This document shows, piece after piece, positions 29,016 to 39,251 of a stretch of 64,000 nucleotides of DNA (its first letter is position 1; each line of letters opens with the position of its first letter). The stretch is taken from NCBI GenBank assembly GCA_963742735.1, contig CAVUMN010000004.1, forward strand, positions 1,120,001 through 1,184,000, given 5' to 3'. A program made the position numbers and the translations under genes. The notes beneath the pieces are model-generated. The model had not been told where the DNA came from. It did not search any database and saw only the letters and a list, made by a program, of their open reading frames with translations. The DNA is from an uncultured Actinomycetes bacterium. GTDB taxonomy: Bacteria > Actinomycetota > UBA4738 > JBBDTT01.

Positions 29016-29906
29016 GTGGACAGGCACGAGGAGGTCGTCCGCAGCGTCGCCGCCCGCGAGGGCGTGGTCGCGTTGCTCGGCGGCCTCGACTCCGGCAAGA
29101 CCACGCTCGGCCGCCTGATCGGCCGCGTCGCCATCACCCACGGCAGGACCGTCGCGTTCATCGACTCCGACATCTCGCAGTCCACGGTCGGCCCGCCGTC
29201 GACGATCGGGCTGAAGCTGTGCCGCGAGCCGGTCGACTTCCAGTGGGACCGAATGTTCGAGGCCGACGTCATGTACTTCGTCGGCTCGGTCACCCCGCAG
29301 GGCCACCTGCTCTCGCTCGTCTCGGGGACGGCGAGCCTGCTCCGCCAGGCGAAAGAGCTCGGCGCCGACCTGATCATCCTGGACACGAGCGGGCTCGTCT
29401 CCGGCATGTACGGCCAGGTCCTCAAGTACCACAAGCTCGAGCTGACCCGGCCCGACATCGTGATCGGGCTCGAGCGCGGCGAGGAGCTCCAGCCGCTGTT
29501 CGGCATCGTCCAGCGCTTCTTCGCCGCCGAGATCATCTCCCTGCCGGTGCACGCCGACGTCGTGCCGACGTCGGTCGACCAGCGCGCCGAGAACCGCGAG
29601 GACTCGATGCGCCGCTACTTCGCCGAGCCCCTCCAGCGGTGGCGCGTGCGCCCGACCGTGTTCATGCCGACGCTGCCGGACCTGTTCGACCTGCACGACC
29701 TGGACCATCTGCTCGTGGGGATGGCCGACGGCAAGGGCGCGTGCGTGGGCATCGGCTACCTGGAGCACTCGGCCGGCGAGGACGTGCTGCGCCTGGTGTC
29801 CCCGGCCGCCGAGGCGCCGAAAGCACTAAAGTTGGGCTCCCTCCGCCTGGACGAGGATTTCCGCCTGAAGCGGGTCGACCTGGGAGGTCTGTTCGGCACT
29901 GAATAG
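29016..29906 (+). CDS. Clp1-like polynucleotide 5'-hydroxyl kinase
   Basis: GGLDSGKTT P-loop, DSDISQSTVGPP, YFVGSVTP, IILDTSG, lid RAENRE...RRYF. Confidence 0.8.
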   Translation: MDRHEEVVRSVAAREGVVALLGGLDSGKTTLGRLIGRVAITHGRTVAFIDSDISQSTVGPPSTIGLKLCREPVDFQWDRMFEADVMYFVGSVTPQGHLLSLVSGTASLLRQAKELGADLIILDTSGLVSGMYGQVLKYHKLELTRPDIVIGLERGEELQPLFGIVQRFFAAEIISLPVHADVVPTSVDQRAENREDSMRRYFAEPLQRWRVRPTVFMPTLPDLFDLHDLDHLLVGMADGKGACVGIGYLEHSAGEDVLRLVSPAAEAPKALKLGSLRLDEDFRLKRVDLGGLFGTE

Positions 29907-29919
29907 GAAGGAACGCAGT

Positions 29920-30021
29920 TTGGCCTCAGTGATCAAGAAGCGGCGCAAGAAGATGCGGAAGAAGAAGCACAAGAAGCTTCTCAAGAAGACCCGCTGGCAG
30001 CGCCGCGCCGCCGGGAAGTAG
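29920..30021 (+). CDS. 30S ribosomal protein bS22 (AURKAIP1/COX24 domain)
   Basis: TTG start; MASVIKKRRKKMRKKKHKKLLKKTRWQRRAAGK; missing from the ORF track. Confidence 0.93.
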   Translation: MASVIKKRRKKMRKKKHKKLLKKTRWQRRAAGK

Positions 30022-30595
30022 CCCGCCGCAGCGCGAGCATCCCCGCGACCACCACCATCGAGACCCCCGCGATCGGCGCGATCGGCGCCTCCTGATCGGA
30101 CACGGGCGTTGCCGCGCGCTCGGATTCAGGCAGCGCCGGCGCAGCGGCGGAAGACGCCTCCGGAAGCGACTCCGGAAGGCCGTTCTCCTGGGCCACCATC
30201 ATCTGCGTGCGGGTGAGCTGCACCCACCCGGTGTGGTCGGGGCGCTCCTCCCACTCGATCATCCACCGCAGAAGCTTGGCGTGGCCGATCCGCAGGAGTG
30301 CTCCCTGCTCGGCGTACGGATAGAACTCCAGGCGCCAGTCGCGGACGTCGTTGCTCTGCGTCCTGAAGGTCACCTCGAACTGTGGGCCGAGCTCGCCCTC
30401 CGGCGTGATCGCCGCGGGGGCCCGTCCCGTGCTCATCAGGAACGTCCAGCCGTCGTCCATGGTCAGCTGGATCGGTTCGGTCAGGCCGGGACCGTCGATC
30501 GCGACGTCCTCGACCACGACCTTCGCCTGAGCCGGGCCCGCGAGGAATCCCACGGCCAGGAGGGTCCCCATCAGCACGATCGATGCTCGCCGCAT
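29981..30595 (-). CDS. Secreted protein with C-terminal membrane anchor
   Basis: Signal peptide ending AQA; C-terminal TM + RRATSRRR; its 3' end overlaps bS22 by 41 bp. Confidence 0.7.
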   Translation of the reverse strand: MRRASIVLMGTLLAVGFLAGPAQAKVVVEDVAIDGPGLTEPIQLTMDDGWTFLMSTGRAPAAITPEGELGPQFEVTFRTQSNDVRDWRLEFYPYAEQGALLRIGHAKLLRWMIEWEERPDHTGWVQLTRTQMMVAQENGLPESLPEASSAAAPALPESERAATPVSDQEAPIAPIAGVSMVVVAGMLALRRATSRRRGAASGSS

Positions 30596-30645
30596 GCCCC
30601 CTCTACAACGCGCGCGCCGGGCGGGTTCCAACTACGATCCCGGCC

Positions 30646-31455
30646 GTGGCGCGTCCGATCGTCTTCCTCTCCGACTACGGCCTCGATGACGAGTTCGTCG
30701 GGGTCTGCCACGGGGTCATCGCCGGGATCGCCCCCGACGTTCGCGTCCTGAACCTCACCCACGGGGTGCCCTCGCAGGACGTGCTGCGCGGGGCGGTGGT
30801 CCTGGCCCAGAACGTGCAGTTCTTCCCGGACGACAGCGTGTACCTGGCGATCGTGGATCCCGGCGTGGGGAGCGCGCGCCGAGGGCTCGCCGTGCAGACC
30901 GGCGCCGGCCCGGTCCTGATCGGCCCCGACAACGGGCTGCTCTCGCTGGCGTGGGCCGAGCTGGGGGGCGCGACGTCGGCCGTCCACCTCACCGCCGAGG
31001 ACTATCGCCTGCCCCGGGTCTCCGACACCTTCCACGGCCGCGACGTGTTCGCCCCGGCCGCCGCGCACGTCGCCGAGGGCCTGGACATCCAGAAGCTCGG
31101 CGAGCCGTATCCGATCGAGGAGCTGGTGACCCTGGCCGTCCCCGCGGCCGAGGTCAAGGAGGGCGCCCTGCACGCCGGGGTGCTCGGCATCGACCGCTAC
31201 GGGAACATCGAGCTGGCCGCGCGCGACGAGGACATGACCGCGGCCGGCTTGGCCGACGCCGGCGAGCTCTCCGGCCACGGCAACGAGACCTCGTTCATGG
31301 CCCGCCGCGTGCGCACGTTCTCCGACCTGCGCCAGGGCGAGCTCGGCGTCCTGATCGACTCCCTGGGATGGGTGGCCGTCGTCCTGAACGGGGGGAGCGC
31401 GGCCGAGGCCCTCGGCGTCGAGCCGGGCGAGCGCGTCGTCCTGTCCGCGGAATAG
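30646..31455 (+). CDS. SAM hydroxide adenosyltransferase / halogenase family (DUF62)
   Basis: FLSDYG, IVDPGVGSARR, GPDNG, TFHGRDVFAP, DRYGN. Confidence 0.93.
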   Translation: MARPIVFLSDYGLDDEFVGVCHGVIAGIAPDVRVLNLTHGVPSQDVLRGAVVLAQNVQFFPDDSVYLAIVDPGVGSARRGLAVQTGAGPVLIGPDNGLLSLAWAELGGATSAVHLTAEDYRLPRVSDTFHGRDVFAPAAAHVAEGLDIQKLGEPYPIEELVTLAVPAAEVKEGALHAGVLGIDRYGNIELAARDEDMTAAGLADAGELSGHGNETSFMARRVRTFSDLRQGELGVLIDSLGWVAVVLNGGSAAEALGVEPGERVVLSAE

Positions 31456-31515
31456 TCCGCCGGGGCATCGGGGTAAGCTGAAAGCCGTTCCCCACCGAGT
31501 CGCAGGAGCTTTGGC

Positions 31516-32565
31516 ATGGGACAGCGGGTCCTGATCACCGGCATCTCGCGCTATCTGGGCGGCCGCCTGGCGCAGGCGCTGGAGCGCGACCCCGACGTGG
31601 AGTACATCGTCGGGGTCGACCTGGACGAGCCCTCGGTCGACCTGGAGCGCACCGAGTACGTCCGCGCCGACATCCGCAACCCGCTCGTGGTCAAGGTCCT
31701 GCAGACCACCGAGGTCGACACCGTCGTCCACCTGAACATCGTCGCCACGCCGCTGCGCGCCGGCGGGCGGATGGCGATGAAGGAGATCAACGTCATCGGC
31801 ACCATGCAGCTGTTCGCGGCGTGCCAGAAGGCGCCGTCGATCCGCAAGCTCGTCATGAAGTCGAGCACCGCGATCTACGGCGCCGGCGCCCGGGACCCCG
31901 CGCTGTTCACCGAGGAGATGGCCGCCCGGTCCGCGGCGAAGACCGGTTACGCGAAGGACGCCGCCGAGGTCGAGCAGTACGCGCGCGACTTCGGCCGCCG
32001 CCGCCCCGACGTCGAGGTCACCATCCTGCGCTTCGCGAACTTCATGGGCCCGGAGATCGAGACGCCGCTCACCCGGTACTTCGCCCTGCCGATCGTCCCG
32101 ACGGCCCTGGGCTACGACCCGCGCCTGCAGTTCCTGCACGAGCAGGACGCCATCGAGGTCATGCGCCGCGCCACGCGCGAGGACCACCCCGGGATCTTCA
32201 ACGTCTCCGGCGACGGGATCGTGCTGCTCTCCCAGGCCCTGCGGCTGATGGGGCGGCCGCGGATCCCGCTGATCCTGCCCCTGGTGTCGCCCGTGGCGAG
32301 CCTGGTCCGCCGGTTCGGGCTGGTGGACTTCGCGACCGACCAGCTGCAGTTCATGCTGTTCGGGCGCGTGGCCGACAACGAGCGCCTGAAGCGCGAGTTC
32401 GCCTTCGAGCCGGAGTTCACCTCGAAGGGCGCGCTGCTGGACTACGCGCGGGGCAAGCGGATCAGCCGGGTGCTCGACCCGAACAAGCTCAACGAGTGGG
32501 AGCGCGAGGTCAACTCCTTCCTGCGCCGCAAGGGCCAGGAGCGCTTCCAGAAGACGCGGACGTGA
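31516..32565 (+). CDS. NAD-dependent epimerase/dehydratase (Rv0501-like)
   Basis: VLITGISRYLG, KEINVIGTMQL, GYDPRLQF. Confidence 0.9.
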   Translation: MGQRVLITGISRYLGGRLAQALERDPDVEYIVGVDLDEPSVDLERTEYVRADIRNPLVVKVLQTTEVDTVVHLNIVATPLRAGGRMAMKEINVIGTMQLFAACQKAPSIRKLVMKSSTAIYGAGARDPALFTEEMAARSAAKTGYAKDAAEVEQYARDFGRRRPDVEVTILRFANFMGPEIETPLTRYFALPIVPTALGYDPRLQFLHEQDAIEVMRRATREDHPGIFNVSGDGIVLLSQALRLMGRPRIPLILPLVSPVASLVRRFGLVDFATDQLQFMLFGRVADNERLKREFAFEPEFTSKGALLDYARGKRISRVLDPNKLNEWEREVNSFLRRKGQERFQKTRT

Positions 32566-32579
32566 GGGGAGAGGCGGAC

Positions 32580-33593
32580 ATGGCTCAGGTCATCTCGCTG
32601 CCCACCGCGCGTGGGGAGGACCGCTGCCAGGCGACCACGGCCGCGGGCAAGCGGTGCCGCAACCGAGCCATCGACGCCACCGGCTTCTGCCGGGTCCACC
32701 AGAAGGAAGCGGTCGAGCGGGCCGCGGTCGGGCTGGAGGAGCGATCCGGCGGACTCTTCGACTCCGATACGTTCCGCGAGGCCCTCGAGCTGATCCGCCG
32801 GCGATCCAACGGCCAGTACGAGGTGGACGAGTTCGGCTTCGACCCCGAGCTCACCGAGAAGATCCTCATGCCGATCGCCCGGCCGCTCTACGAGAAGTGG
32901 TGGCGCGTGGATTGGGTCGGGATGGACAACGTCCCGGACGAGGGCTCGGCGCTGTTGGTCTCCAACCACGCCGGCACGGTCCCGTGGGACGCCATCGTCA
33001 TGAAGTTCGGGATCCTCGACGTCCACCCCGCGCACCGGCACGTGCGGCTGCTGGCCGCGGACCTCGCGTTCAAGATGCCGTTCGTCGGCCCGCTGGCCCG
33101 GAAGTCGGGCAACACACTCGCCACGTCGGCGGACACGTACCGGCTGCTGGCCTCGGGCGAGCTCCTCGGCGTGTTCCCCGAGGGCTACAAGGGCGTGGGC
33201 AAGGCCTTCAAGGACCGGTATCGGCTGCAGCGGTTCGGCCGCGGCGGGTTCATCGAGACGGCGCTGCGAACGAAGACCCCGATCGTCCCGGTCTCGATCG
33301 TCGGCTCCGAGGAGATCCACCCGATGATCTACAACTTCCGCGCCCTGGCGAGGGCCGGCGGGTTCCCGTACTTCCCGATCACGCCGACGTTCCCGCTGCT
33401 GGGCCCGCTCGGCCTGATCCCGCTGCCGTCGAAGTGGATCGTCGAGTTCGGCGACCCGATCCCCACCGAGGACTACCCCGACGACGCCTGGCAGGACTCG
33501 ATGCTGGTCTTCAACCTCACCGACCAGGTACGCGACGTCATCCAGCAGACCTTGTACAAGAACCTGATGGCCCGCCGCTCCACGTTTTTCTAG
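32580..33593 (+). CDS. Lysophospholipid acyltransferase (Rv0502-like) with N-terminal Cys/His motif
   Basis: VDEFGFD, VSNHAG, FPEG, FGRGGF; N-terminal CQATT..GKRCRN...FCRVH. Confidence 0.9.
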   Translation: MAQVISLPTARGEDRCQATTAAGKRCRNRAIDATGFCRVHQKEAVERAAVGLEERSGGLFDSDTFREALELIRRRSNGQYEVDEFGFDPELTEKILMPIARPLYEKWWRVDWVGMDNVPDEGSALLVSNHAGTVPWDAIVMKFGILDVHPAHRHVRLLAADLAFKMPFVGPLARKSGNTLATSADTYRLLASGELLGVFPEGYKGVGKAFKDRYRLQRFGRGGFIETALRTKTPIVPVSIVGSEEIHPMIYNFRALARAGGFPYFPITPTFPLLGPLGLIPLPSKWIVEFGDPIPTEDYPDDAWQDSMLVFNLTDQVRDVIQQTLYKNLMARRSTFF

Positions 33594-33630
33594 GGGCCAA
33601 CGGCGGGATCGGCGCCGGCAGCCTCCGAGA

Positions 33631-33848
33631 GCCCACTCACGGAATATCGCAAGGCCGCTATATCTGCCGATGGCGCGGGCGCCGTCCGAGATTTCAGGAC
33701 CCTTTCCGGAAGGCTCTGGCGGCTCGAGAAACATGTACGCGAACGCGGAGCCGTTCGCCGGCCCTCGAGGTCCACTCCGGGGCGCTCGGACCTTCTGAGC
33801 GGCCCTTTTTCGGCGCCATAGCGGAAGTGCGATATTCCGTGAGTGGGC
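33631..33848. repeat. Paired-palindrome element copy 3
   Basis: GCCCACTCACGGAATATCGC is perfectly inverted at both ends (28/31 over the arm); sites at 33644-33663 and 33816-33835. Confidence 0.9.
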
Positions 33849-33954
33849 GTTCGAGGGGCCTCGCCCCCCCTCGGCCTCGTCACACACGATGTGACCGGAT
33901 CCGCGTCGATGGGTACATACCCCTGTGGCGTCCTCCGACGGACGGAGATTCCTC

Positions 33955-34191
33955 ATGGCTCAGCAGAATCCGAGCACCGAGGGCTACGGCCGCTCGTGGA
34001 CGAACTGGATCTGGGTCTACCTCATCGCCGCGGCGGTCATCTACGGGATCGTCTACTTCGCATTCATGCGTGATTCCGGCGGCGGCTCAAGCGGTGGCGG
34101 AACCGGGAACACCGGCGGCACCGGCTACATGCTGTTCGTGTTGGCGCCCACGCTGTTCGAGCGGATACGCGCGGCCTTCAGGCGCCGGTAG
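33955..34191 (+). CDS. Small membrane protein with Gly-rich linker
   Basis: GGAG RBS; WIWVYLIAAAVIYGIVYFAF TM segment. Confidence 0.65.
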   Translation: MAQQNPSTEGYGRSWTNWIWVYLIAAAVIYGIVYFAFMRDSGGGSSGGGTGNTGGTGYMLFVLAPTLFERIRAAFRRR

Positions 34192-34249
34192 CTCGTTGGC
34201 CGGCATCGCAGGGCCGAGGCGCGCATGGAGTGCCTCGGTCCTGCATCGC

Positions 34250-34855
34250 ATGAGAGTTCATGACCGAAGCTCGCGGCACCTCAGCGTGCTACTGGCAACT
34301 TCTCTTATCGCTATGTCCAGGTGCGCGTCGAATGGCGAACAGGGCCGGCTGGGGCTGGCAAGCGCGTCAACCGTAACGAGTTGGGGCGATGTCCTCGGTT
34401 CTGGCTGTCCTGAGGATTGGTCCTATCGTGCGACCGATGCTGGGAGCGCAGACGTCCTCTTTGCTCCTGAGGCGGACCCGCCTGGAGGCCCCTCAGTGAT
34501 TGTGGCGGTTTCTCCGCACACCTTGAGTCTCTTTCCCTCCGCGAAGACTCCTCGAGAATTCATGGAAGCCCTGTCCGGTCCTCAGCAGTGGTCACTGGCG
34601 AATGTCCGCTCTGGAACCTGGCTTGATACCGAGGTTGTGGTGGCTGACTACACCGCGCCGAGAAGGGTTGGACGGGTCGTAGTCGCGCGTGGAGCCTATG
34701 AGTCCGAGGCCAGCTGGCTCGTCTTTGAGGTCACGGCGGATCCGGACGAGATCGACGCATACGAAGCAGTTCTCGACGGCTTCGCGCCGCGTACCTTCGA
34801 TGTTGATCTCCCTACCCCGGACATCCCCTCGCCCGTCTGGGTGCCGTGCCCCTGA
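34250..34855 (+). CDS. Hypothetical exported protein with atypical codon usage
   Basis: Signal-like N-terminus; more A/T third positions than neighbours. Confidence 0.4.
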   Translation: MRVHDRSSRHLSVLLATSLIAMSRCASNGEQGRLGLASASTVTSWGDVLGSGCPEDWSYRATDAGSADVLFAPEADPPGGPSVIVAVSPHTLSLFPSAKTPREFMEALSGPQQWSLANVRSGTWLDTEVVVADYTAPRRVGRVVVARGAYESEASWLVFEVTADPDEIDAYEAVLDGFAPRTFDVDLPTPDIPSPVWVPCP

Positions 34856-34859
34856 CGCG

Positions 34860-35249
34860 TCAGGCCGTCGCGCAGCTGCAGGGGTCGACGATCTCCTCGC
34901 CGTCCCCAGGCGCAGGACACGGCTTCGGCCGGCACCGGACCTCGATGACGACCTCGGCCCCTTCGTCCAGGAGGGTCCCCGGCGAGGGCGCTTGCGCCGC
35001 CACCCGGTCGTCCAGCGGCGCCTCTCCCGCGGGCGTCACGCGATACCGCAAGCCCACACCCTCCAGCGTCGCGATGGCCTCGCCCCGTGAGAGCCCCGTC
35101 AGGTCGCGCAGGATGATCCGGTCGTCGCCCGTCAGCCCCGGCCCGGGGAACTCGCGGGGCTTGTCCTTCACCAGCACCACCTGGTAGATCGTCGCGGCCG
35201 TCAACGCGGCGAACAGCGCGATGATCGTGATCAGCGTGAACCGCCGCAT
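34860..35249 (-). CDS. PASTA domain membrane protein
   Basis: N-terminal TM; DLTGLSRGEAIATLEGVGL...VAAQAPSPG. Confidence 0.75.
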   Translation of the reverse strand: MRRFTLITIIALFAALTAATIYQVVLVKDKPREFPGPGLTGDDRIILRDLTGLSRGEAIATLEGVGLRYRVTPAGEAPLDDRVAAQAPSPGTLLDEGAEVVIEVRCRPKPCPAPGDGEEIVDPCSCATA

Positions 35250-35265
35250 GGGCAGGGCCACGGGC

Positions 35266-36066
35266 TCAGGTGGTGACGACGCCGAGCCGCGTCTCGCAGA
35301 AATCCCGGTTCTTCACCATCGTCTCGACCAGCGCGTCCTCGTCCTTCAACCACGACCGCAGGTCGAGCTCGATCGAGACCGCCCCGGAGAACCGCTCGGC
35401 GGCAAGCTTTTCAAGGAAGGCGTCCATGGGAAGGATGCCGTCGTATACCGGCAGATGGCTGTCCCATCCCTTTCCGGCGTTGTTGGAGACATGAACGTGC
35501 ACGAGCTTGTCCCGGTAGCGCTCGTACGCATCGAGGATGTCGATCCTCGAGACGGCGGCGTGACTGGTGTCCAGGACCAGATAGGGGTACCGGTCCAGGT
35601 CATCGAACTCCTGACCTGCATGGAACGACAGCCCGCGCTCGCCGCGAACCTTCACCGGGAACATGTTCTCCACCGCGATCGTCACGCCGCTGCGTGCCGA
35701 CAGCTCGGTCAGGCTGTTCTCGATCCAGCGGCGGTAGCGGACCTGCCACTTGTAGGGCGGGTGAGCCACGACCGTCGAGGCCCCCACCTCCTGCGCTACC
35801 TGGACCGAGCGGTAGATCTTGGCGATCGGGTCGGTGCTCCACACCCGGCGTGTGAACAACAACATCGGCGCGTGGATCGTCTCGATCGTCAGGCCGTGGT
35901 CCTCCGCGAGCCCGCGCAGCAGGTGCGGCTCCTGGGTCGCGGGATCGGCCGTGACCATGATCTCCACGGACGAGTACCCCGCCGCCGAGATGTGACGGAA
36001 CGCGTCACGCAGGGGGTGGCGGAAGAAGGGGGCCGTGCTGAACTGAAGCTTTGGACCGGTGCTCAC
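35266..36066 (-). CDS. Sugar phosphate isomerase/epimerase (TIM barrel)
   Basis: IHAP, VVAHPP, AVENMFP, LDTSH, HVHVSN, DSHLP. Confidence 0.88.
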   Translation of the reverse strand: MSTGPKLQFSTAPFFRHPLRDAFRHISAAGYSSVEIMVTADPATQEPHLLRGLAEDHGLTIETIHAPMLLFTRRVWSTDPIAKIYRSVQVAQEVGASTVVAHPPYKWQVRYRRWIENSLTELSARSGVTIAVENMFPVKVRGERGLSFHAGQEFDDLDRYPYLVLDTSHAAVSRIDILDAYERYRDKLVHVHVSNNAGKGWDSHLPVYDGILPMDAFLEKLAAERFSGAVSIELDLRSWLKDEDALVETMVKNRDFCETRLGVVTT

Positions 36067-36158
36067 GTGTTGTGGGCCTCTCTGGTCGGACGAATCTATT
36101 CTAGGGCCGGGGTCGGGAACGGCCCGGGAACGGTGGCGCCCCGTATGGAGGCTTCTGC

Positions 36159-38222
36159 GTGAACGGCCCGCGTAAGGCGCTCGACCGGATCCGCGAGGAG
36201 CGACGCGTCCGGCGCGACTTCGAGAAGCTCATCGAGACCGGCGAGTTCCGCGAGATCACGACCAGCTGGGTGGGCGACCGCGAGCGTCGTCCCTCGATCT
36301 GGAGCCGAGGCAAGGGCTGGTGGATCAAGCGGATCGCGCTGGTGACCGTGCTCGCCCTGATCGTCTCCACGCTGGTGTTCCTCTACGCCCCCCTGCCGTT
36401 CGACCCGCCGGCGCCGCTGCAGACCGTGTTCGTCTACGACCGGGACCACAACGTGATCGCTCGGATCCGGCCCGACGAGGACCGAATCGTCCTGCCGCTG
36501 GAGAAGATCCCCCAGCGGGTCCGCGACGCGGTCATCGCCTCCGAGGACGCCCGCTTCTACCACCACGGCGGCGTCGACTTCCTCGCGATCCTGCGCGCCG
36601 CCTGGAACGACCTCCGCGGCAAGCCGATCCAGGGCGGGAGCACACTCACCCAACAGCTCGTGAAGGAGTACTACGTCGGCAACGAGCGCACCCTGTGGCG
36701 AAAGATCCGCGAGGCCGCGCTCTCCCTGCGCCTGGAGCGGAAGTACACGAAGGACGAGATCCTGGAGCAGTACCTGAACGTCATCTACCTGGGCGAGCAG
36801 GCCTACGGCGTCGAGGCGGCGGCCCGCCGCTACTTCGGGAAGTCCATCCGGGACGTGACGGTGGCCGAGGCCGCCCTGCTGGCGAGCATCGCCCCCGCCC
36901 CGGCGCGGTACAACCCCCGCGAGGACCTCGAGGCCGCCCGAGTGCGGCGGGACCGCGTCCTGCAGCGGATGGTGGTCAACGACTTCATCACCGGCGACCA
37001 GGCGAGCGCGGCGCGGGCCGAGGAGATCCGGCTGGTCCAGCCGAAACCCCCGCCGTCGAAGGCCCCGATCTTCGTGCAGTTCGTCAAGGAGGCGCTCGTC
37101 GCCGAGCACGGCCAGGACGCGCTCGACAAGTCCGGTGCCCGGATCACGACCACCCTCGACCTGGACCTGCAGCGCGCCGCCCAGGCGGCCATCGACGAGA
37201 CCCTCACGGAGGAGGACGACCCGGCCGCGGCGCTGGTGGCCATCGACGTCCGGACCGGCGGCATCCTGGCCATGGCCCAGCGCGGGCCGCAGTACTACAA
37301 CCTGGCCGCGCGGGCCGACCGTCAGGCCGGCTCGGCGTTCAAGCCGTTCGTCCTGGCCGCCGCGCTGGACGAGGGGATCAACGAGTACGACTACTACAGC
37401 GCGCCCTCCACGATCACCATCGGGGACTGGAGCCCGACCAACTACGACGGGAGCTCGTACGGGACGGTGAGCGTCCGGACGGCCACGATCAGCTCGATCA
37501 ACACCGCCTACGCCCAGATCATCGAGGACACCGGCGCCGTGGACGTGGCCGACATGGCCCACGCCCTGGGCATCCAGAGCCCGCTCAACGAGGACCTGAC
37601 CCTCACCCTCGGGACCGCGCCGGTCTCGCCGCTGGAGATGACCACCGCGTACGCGACGTTCGCCGCCCGGGGGATCCGTCGGATCCCGAGCGCGATCCAG
37701 GAGGCGGTGGACGGCGACGGCGAGGACATCGAGCGCATCGAGTCGAACGGCAACCGCGTCATCGGCGAGAACCTCGCCGGCCGGGTGACCGAGATCCTCC
37801 AGGACGTCGTGGCCTACGGGACCGGGACCCGTGCCCGTCTCGACGGCTACGCCGCCGCGGGCAAGACCGGCACGACGAACAGCAACCGCGACGCGTGGTT
37901 CTGCGGCTACACCTCCGAGGTCGCGGCGTGCGTGTGGATGGGCTACACGCCGGTGGACGGCCAGATCCGGCCGATGGACAGCGTCCACGGCATCTCGGTC
38001 TCGGGGGGCTCGTTCCCCGCCGAGATCTGGAACCGGTTCATGTCTCGGGTCCCGACGCCGGAGACGGACCTGGAGGGCGCCGAGGTCGCGCCCGTCCCGG
38101 GGCCGTCCTCCTCGCCGACCGAGACGCCCTCCGGCGGGCCGGGGCCGAGCACGCCGCCGACGACGGACCCGACGGTCTCGCCGTCGCCCACCCGGGACTG
38201 TGGCATCCTGCCCATCTGTTGA
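36159..38222 (+). CDS. Class A penicillin-binding protein
   Basis: EDARFYHHGGVD, QGGSTLTQQLVK, GSAFKPF, SIN, GKTGT. Confidence 0.95.
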   Translation: MNGPRKALDRIREERRVRRDFEKLIETGEFREITTSWVGDRERRPSIWSRGKGWWIKRIALVTVLALIVSTLVFLYAPLPFDPPAPLQTVFVYDRDHNVIARIRPDEDRIVLPLEKIPQRVRDAVIASEDARFYHHGGVDFLAILRAAWNDLRGKPIQGGSTLTQQLVKEYYVGNERTLWRKIREAALSLRLERKYTKDEILEQYLNVIYLGEQAYGVEAAARRYFGKSIRDVTVAEAALLASIAPAPARYNPREDLEAARVRRDRVLQRMVVNDFITGDQASAARAEEIRLVQPKPPPSKAPIFVQFVKEALVAEHGQDALDKSGARITTTLDLDLQRAAQAAIDETLTEEDDPAAALVAIDVRTGGILAMAQRGPQYYNLAARADRQAGSAFKPFVLAAALDEGINEYDYYSAPSTITIGDWSPTNYDGSSYGTVSVRTATISSINTAYAQIIEDTGAVDVADMAHALGIQSPLNEDLTLTLGTAPVSPLEMTTAYATFAARGIRRIPSAIQEAVDGDGEDIERIESNGNRVIGENLAGRVTEILQDVVAYGTGTRARLDGYAAAGKTGTTNSNRDAWFCGYTSEVAACVWMGYTPVDGQIRPMDSVHGISVSGGSFPAEIWNRFMSRVPTPETDLEGAEVAPVPGPSSSPTETPSGGPGPSTPPTTDPTVSPSPTRDCGILPIC

Positions 38223-39217
38223 GCGAGCAGGACAACCTCCCGGCGTGGAACGGTCGCGGTGGCCACTACGAGGCCTGGTACCTGACGTTCACCGACCCCG
38301 CCACGCGCACCGGCTACTGGATCCGCTCAACGCTGCACGCGCCGTCCGGGGGAGGTGAGCCCGAGGCGCGCGTGTGGTTCGCGCGCTTCGACCACGACCG
38401 GCCCGAGCGGACCTTCGGGCTCAACCGCGGATACCCGATCCGGGAGTGGGCCTCGGAGCCCTCGGCGTTCGAGGTCCGCATCGGCGAGACGCTCCTCCGC
38501 TCGGGACGGCTGAGCGGGGCGCTCGAAGGCGACGGGCACTCCGCCAAGTGGGATCTGGACTTCGAGGCCGGGGGACCGACGTACCGGATGCTCCCCGACG
38601 CGCTGTACCGGGGTTCGCTCGCGCCCAGCAAGCCGTACAGTCCGAACCCCGACACGCGGTTCACCGGGACCATCGAGGTCGACGGCGAGACGATCCCGCT
38701 CGACGCCGTTCCCGGGCAGCAGGGCCACGTGTACGGGTCGCGCCACGCCGAGCGGTGGGCGTGGGCACAGTGCAACGACTTCGACGGCGACCCGCGGACC
38801 GTCCTGGTCGGGCTGGTGGCCCAGGGCCGCCGGGGCCCGCTGCTGACGCCGCACACGAGCTTCGTCGGGCTTCGCCGGAACGGCGAGTGGCTCCGCTTCC
38901 GCGGCGTGTCCCGCCGCAAGGACTGGTCGCTCGGGGTCTGGCGGATCGCCCTGAGCGGCAAGCGTCACCGGCTGGTGGGCTCGGTCCGGGTCGTGCCCGA
39001 GCGGATGGTCCGGGCCCGGTACACCGACCCCGACGGGACCGCCCGCTACTGCCACAACAGCGAGGTGTCGTCCTGCCAGCTGACGCTCCTGGAGCGCCGC
39101 GCCGGCGGCTACGAGGAGGTCGCCGAGCTCATCTCGGACGGACGGGTCCACGCCGAGTGGGGCGGGATGACGCCGGCCGAGGCCGTCCTCCACGACCACG
39201 TCGTGATCCCCGGCTAG
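38219..39217 (+). CDS. Tocopherol cyclase/AttH-like hypothetical protein
   Basis: TTGA overlap start; GHYEAWYLTF, GQQGHVYGSRHAERWAWAQC, YTDPDG...CHNSE. Confidence 0.65.
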   Translation: MSEQDNLPAWNGRGGHYEAWYLTFTDPATRTGYWIRSTLHAPSGGGEPEARVWFARFDHDRPERTFGLNRGYPIREWASEPSAFEVRIGETLLRSGRLSGALEGDGHSAKWDLDFEAGGPTYRMLPDALYRGSLAPSKPYSPNPDTRFTGTIEVDGETIPLDAVPGQQGHVYGSRHAERWAWAQCNDFDGDPRTVLVGLVAQGRRGPLLTPHTSFVGLRRNGEWLRFRGVSRRKDWSLGVWRIALSGKRHRLVGSVRVVPERMVRARYTDPDGTARYCHNSEVSSCQLTLLERRAGGYEEVAELISDGRVHAEWGGMTPAEAVLHDHVVIPG

Positions 39218-39251
39218 ACTCGGTCCCGAACATGCCTCGGTCCCTCCGCCC

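Noticed and set aside
30646-31455. Fluorinase/chlorinase for halometabolite synthesis
   Set aside because: Housekeeping context and DUF62-type motifs favour the common SAM hydrolase
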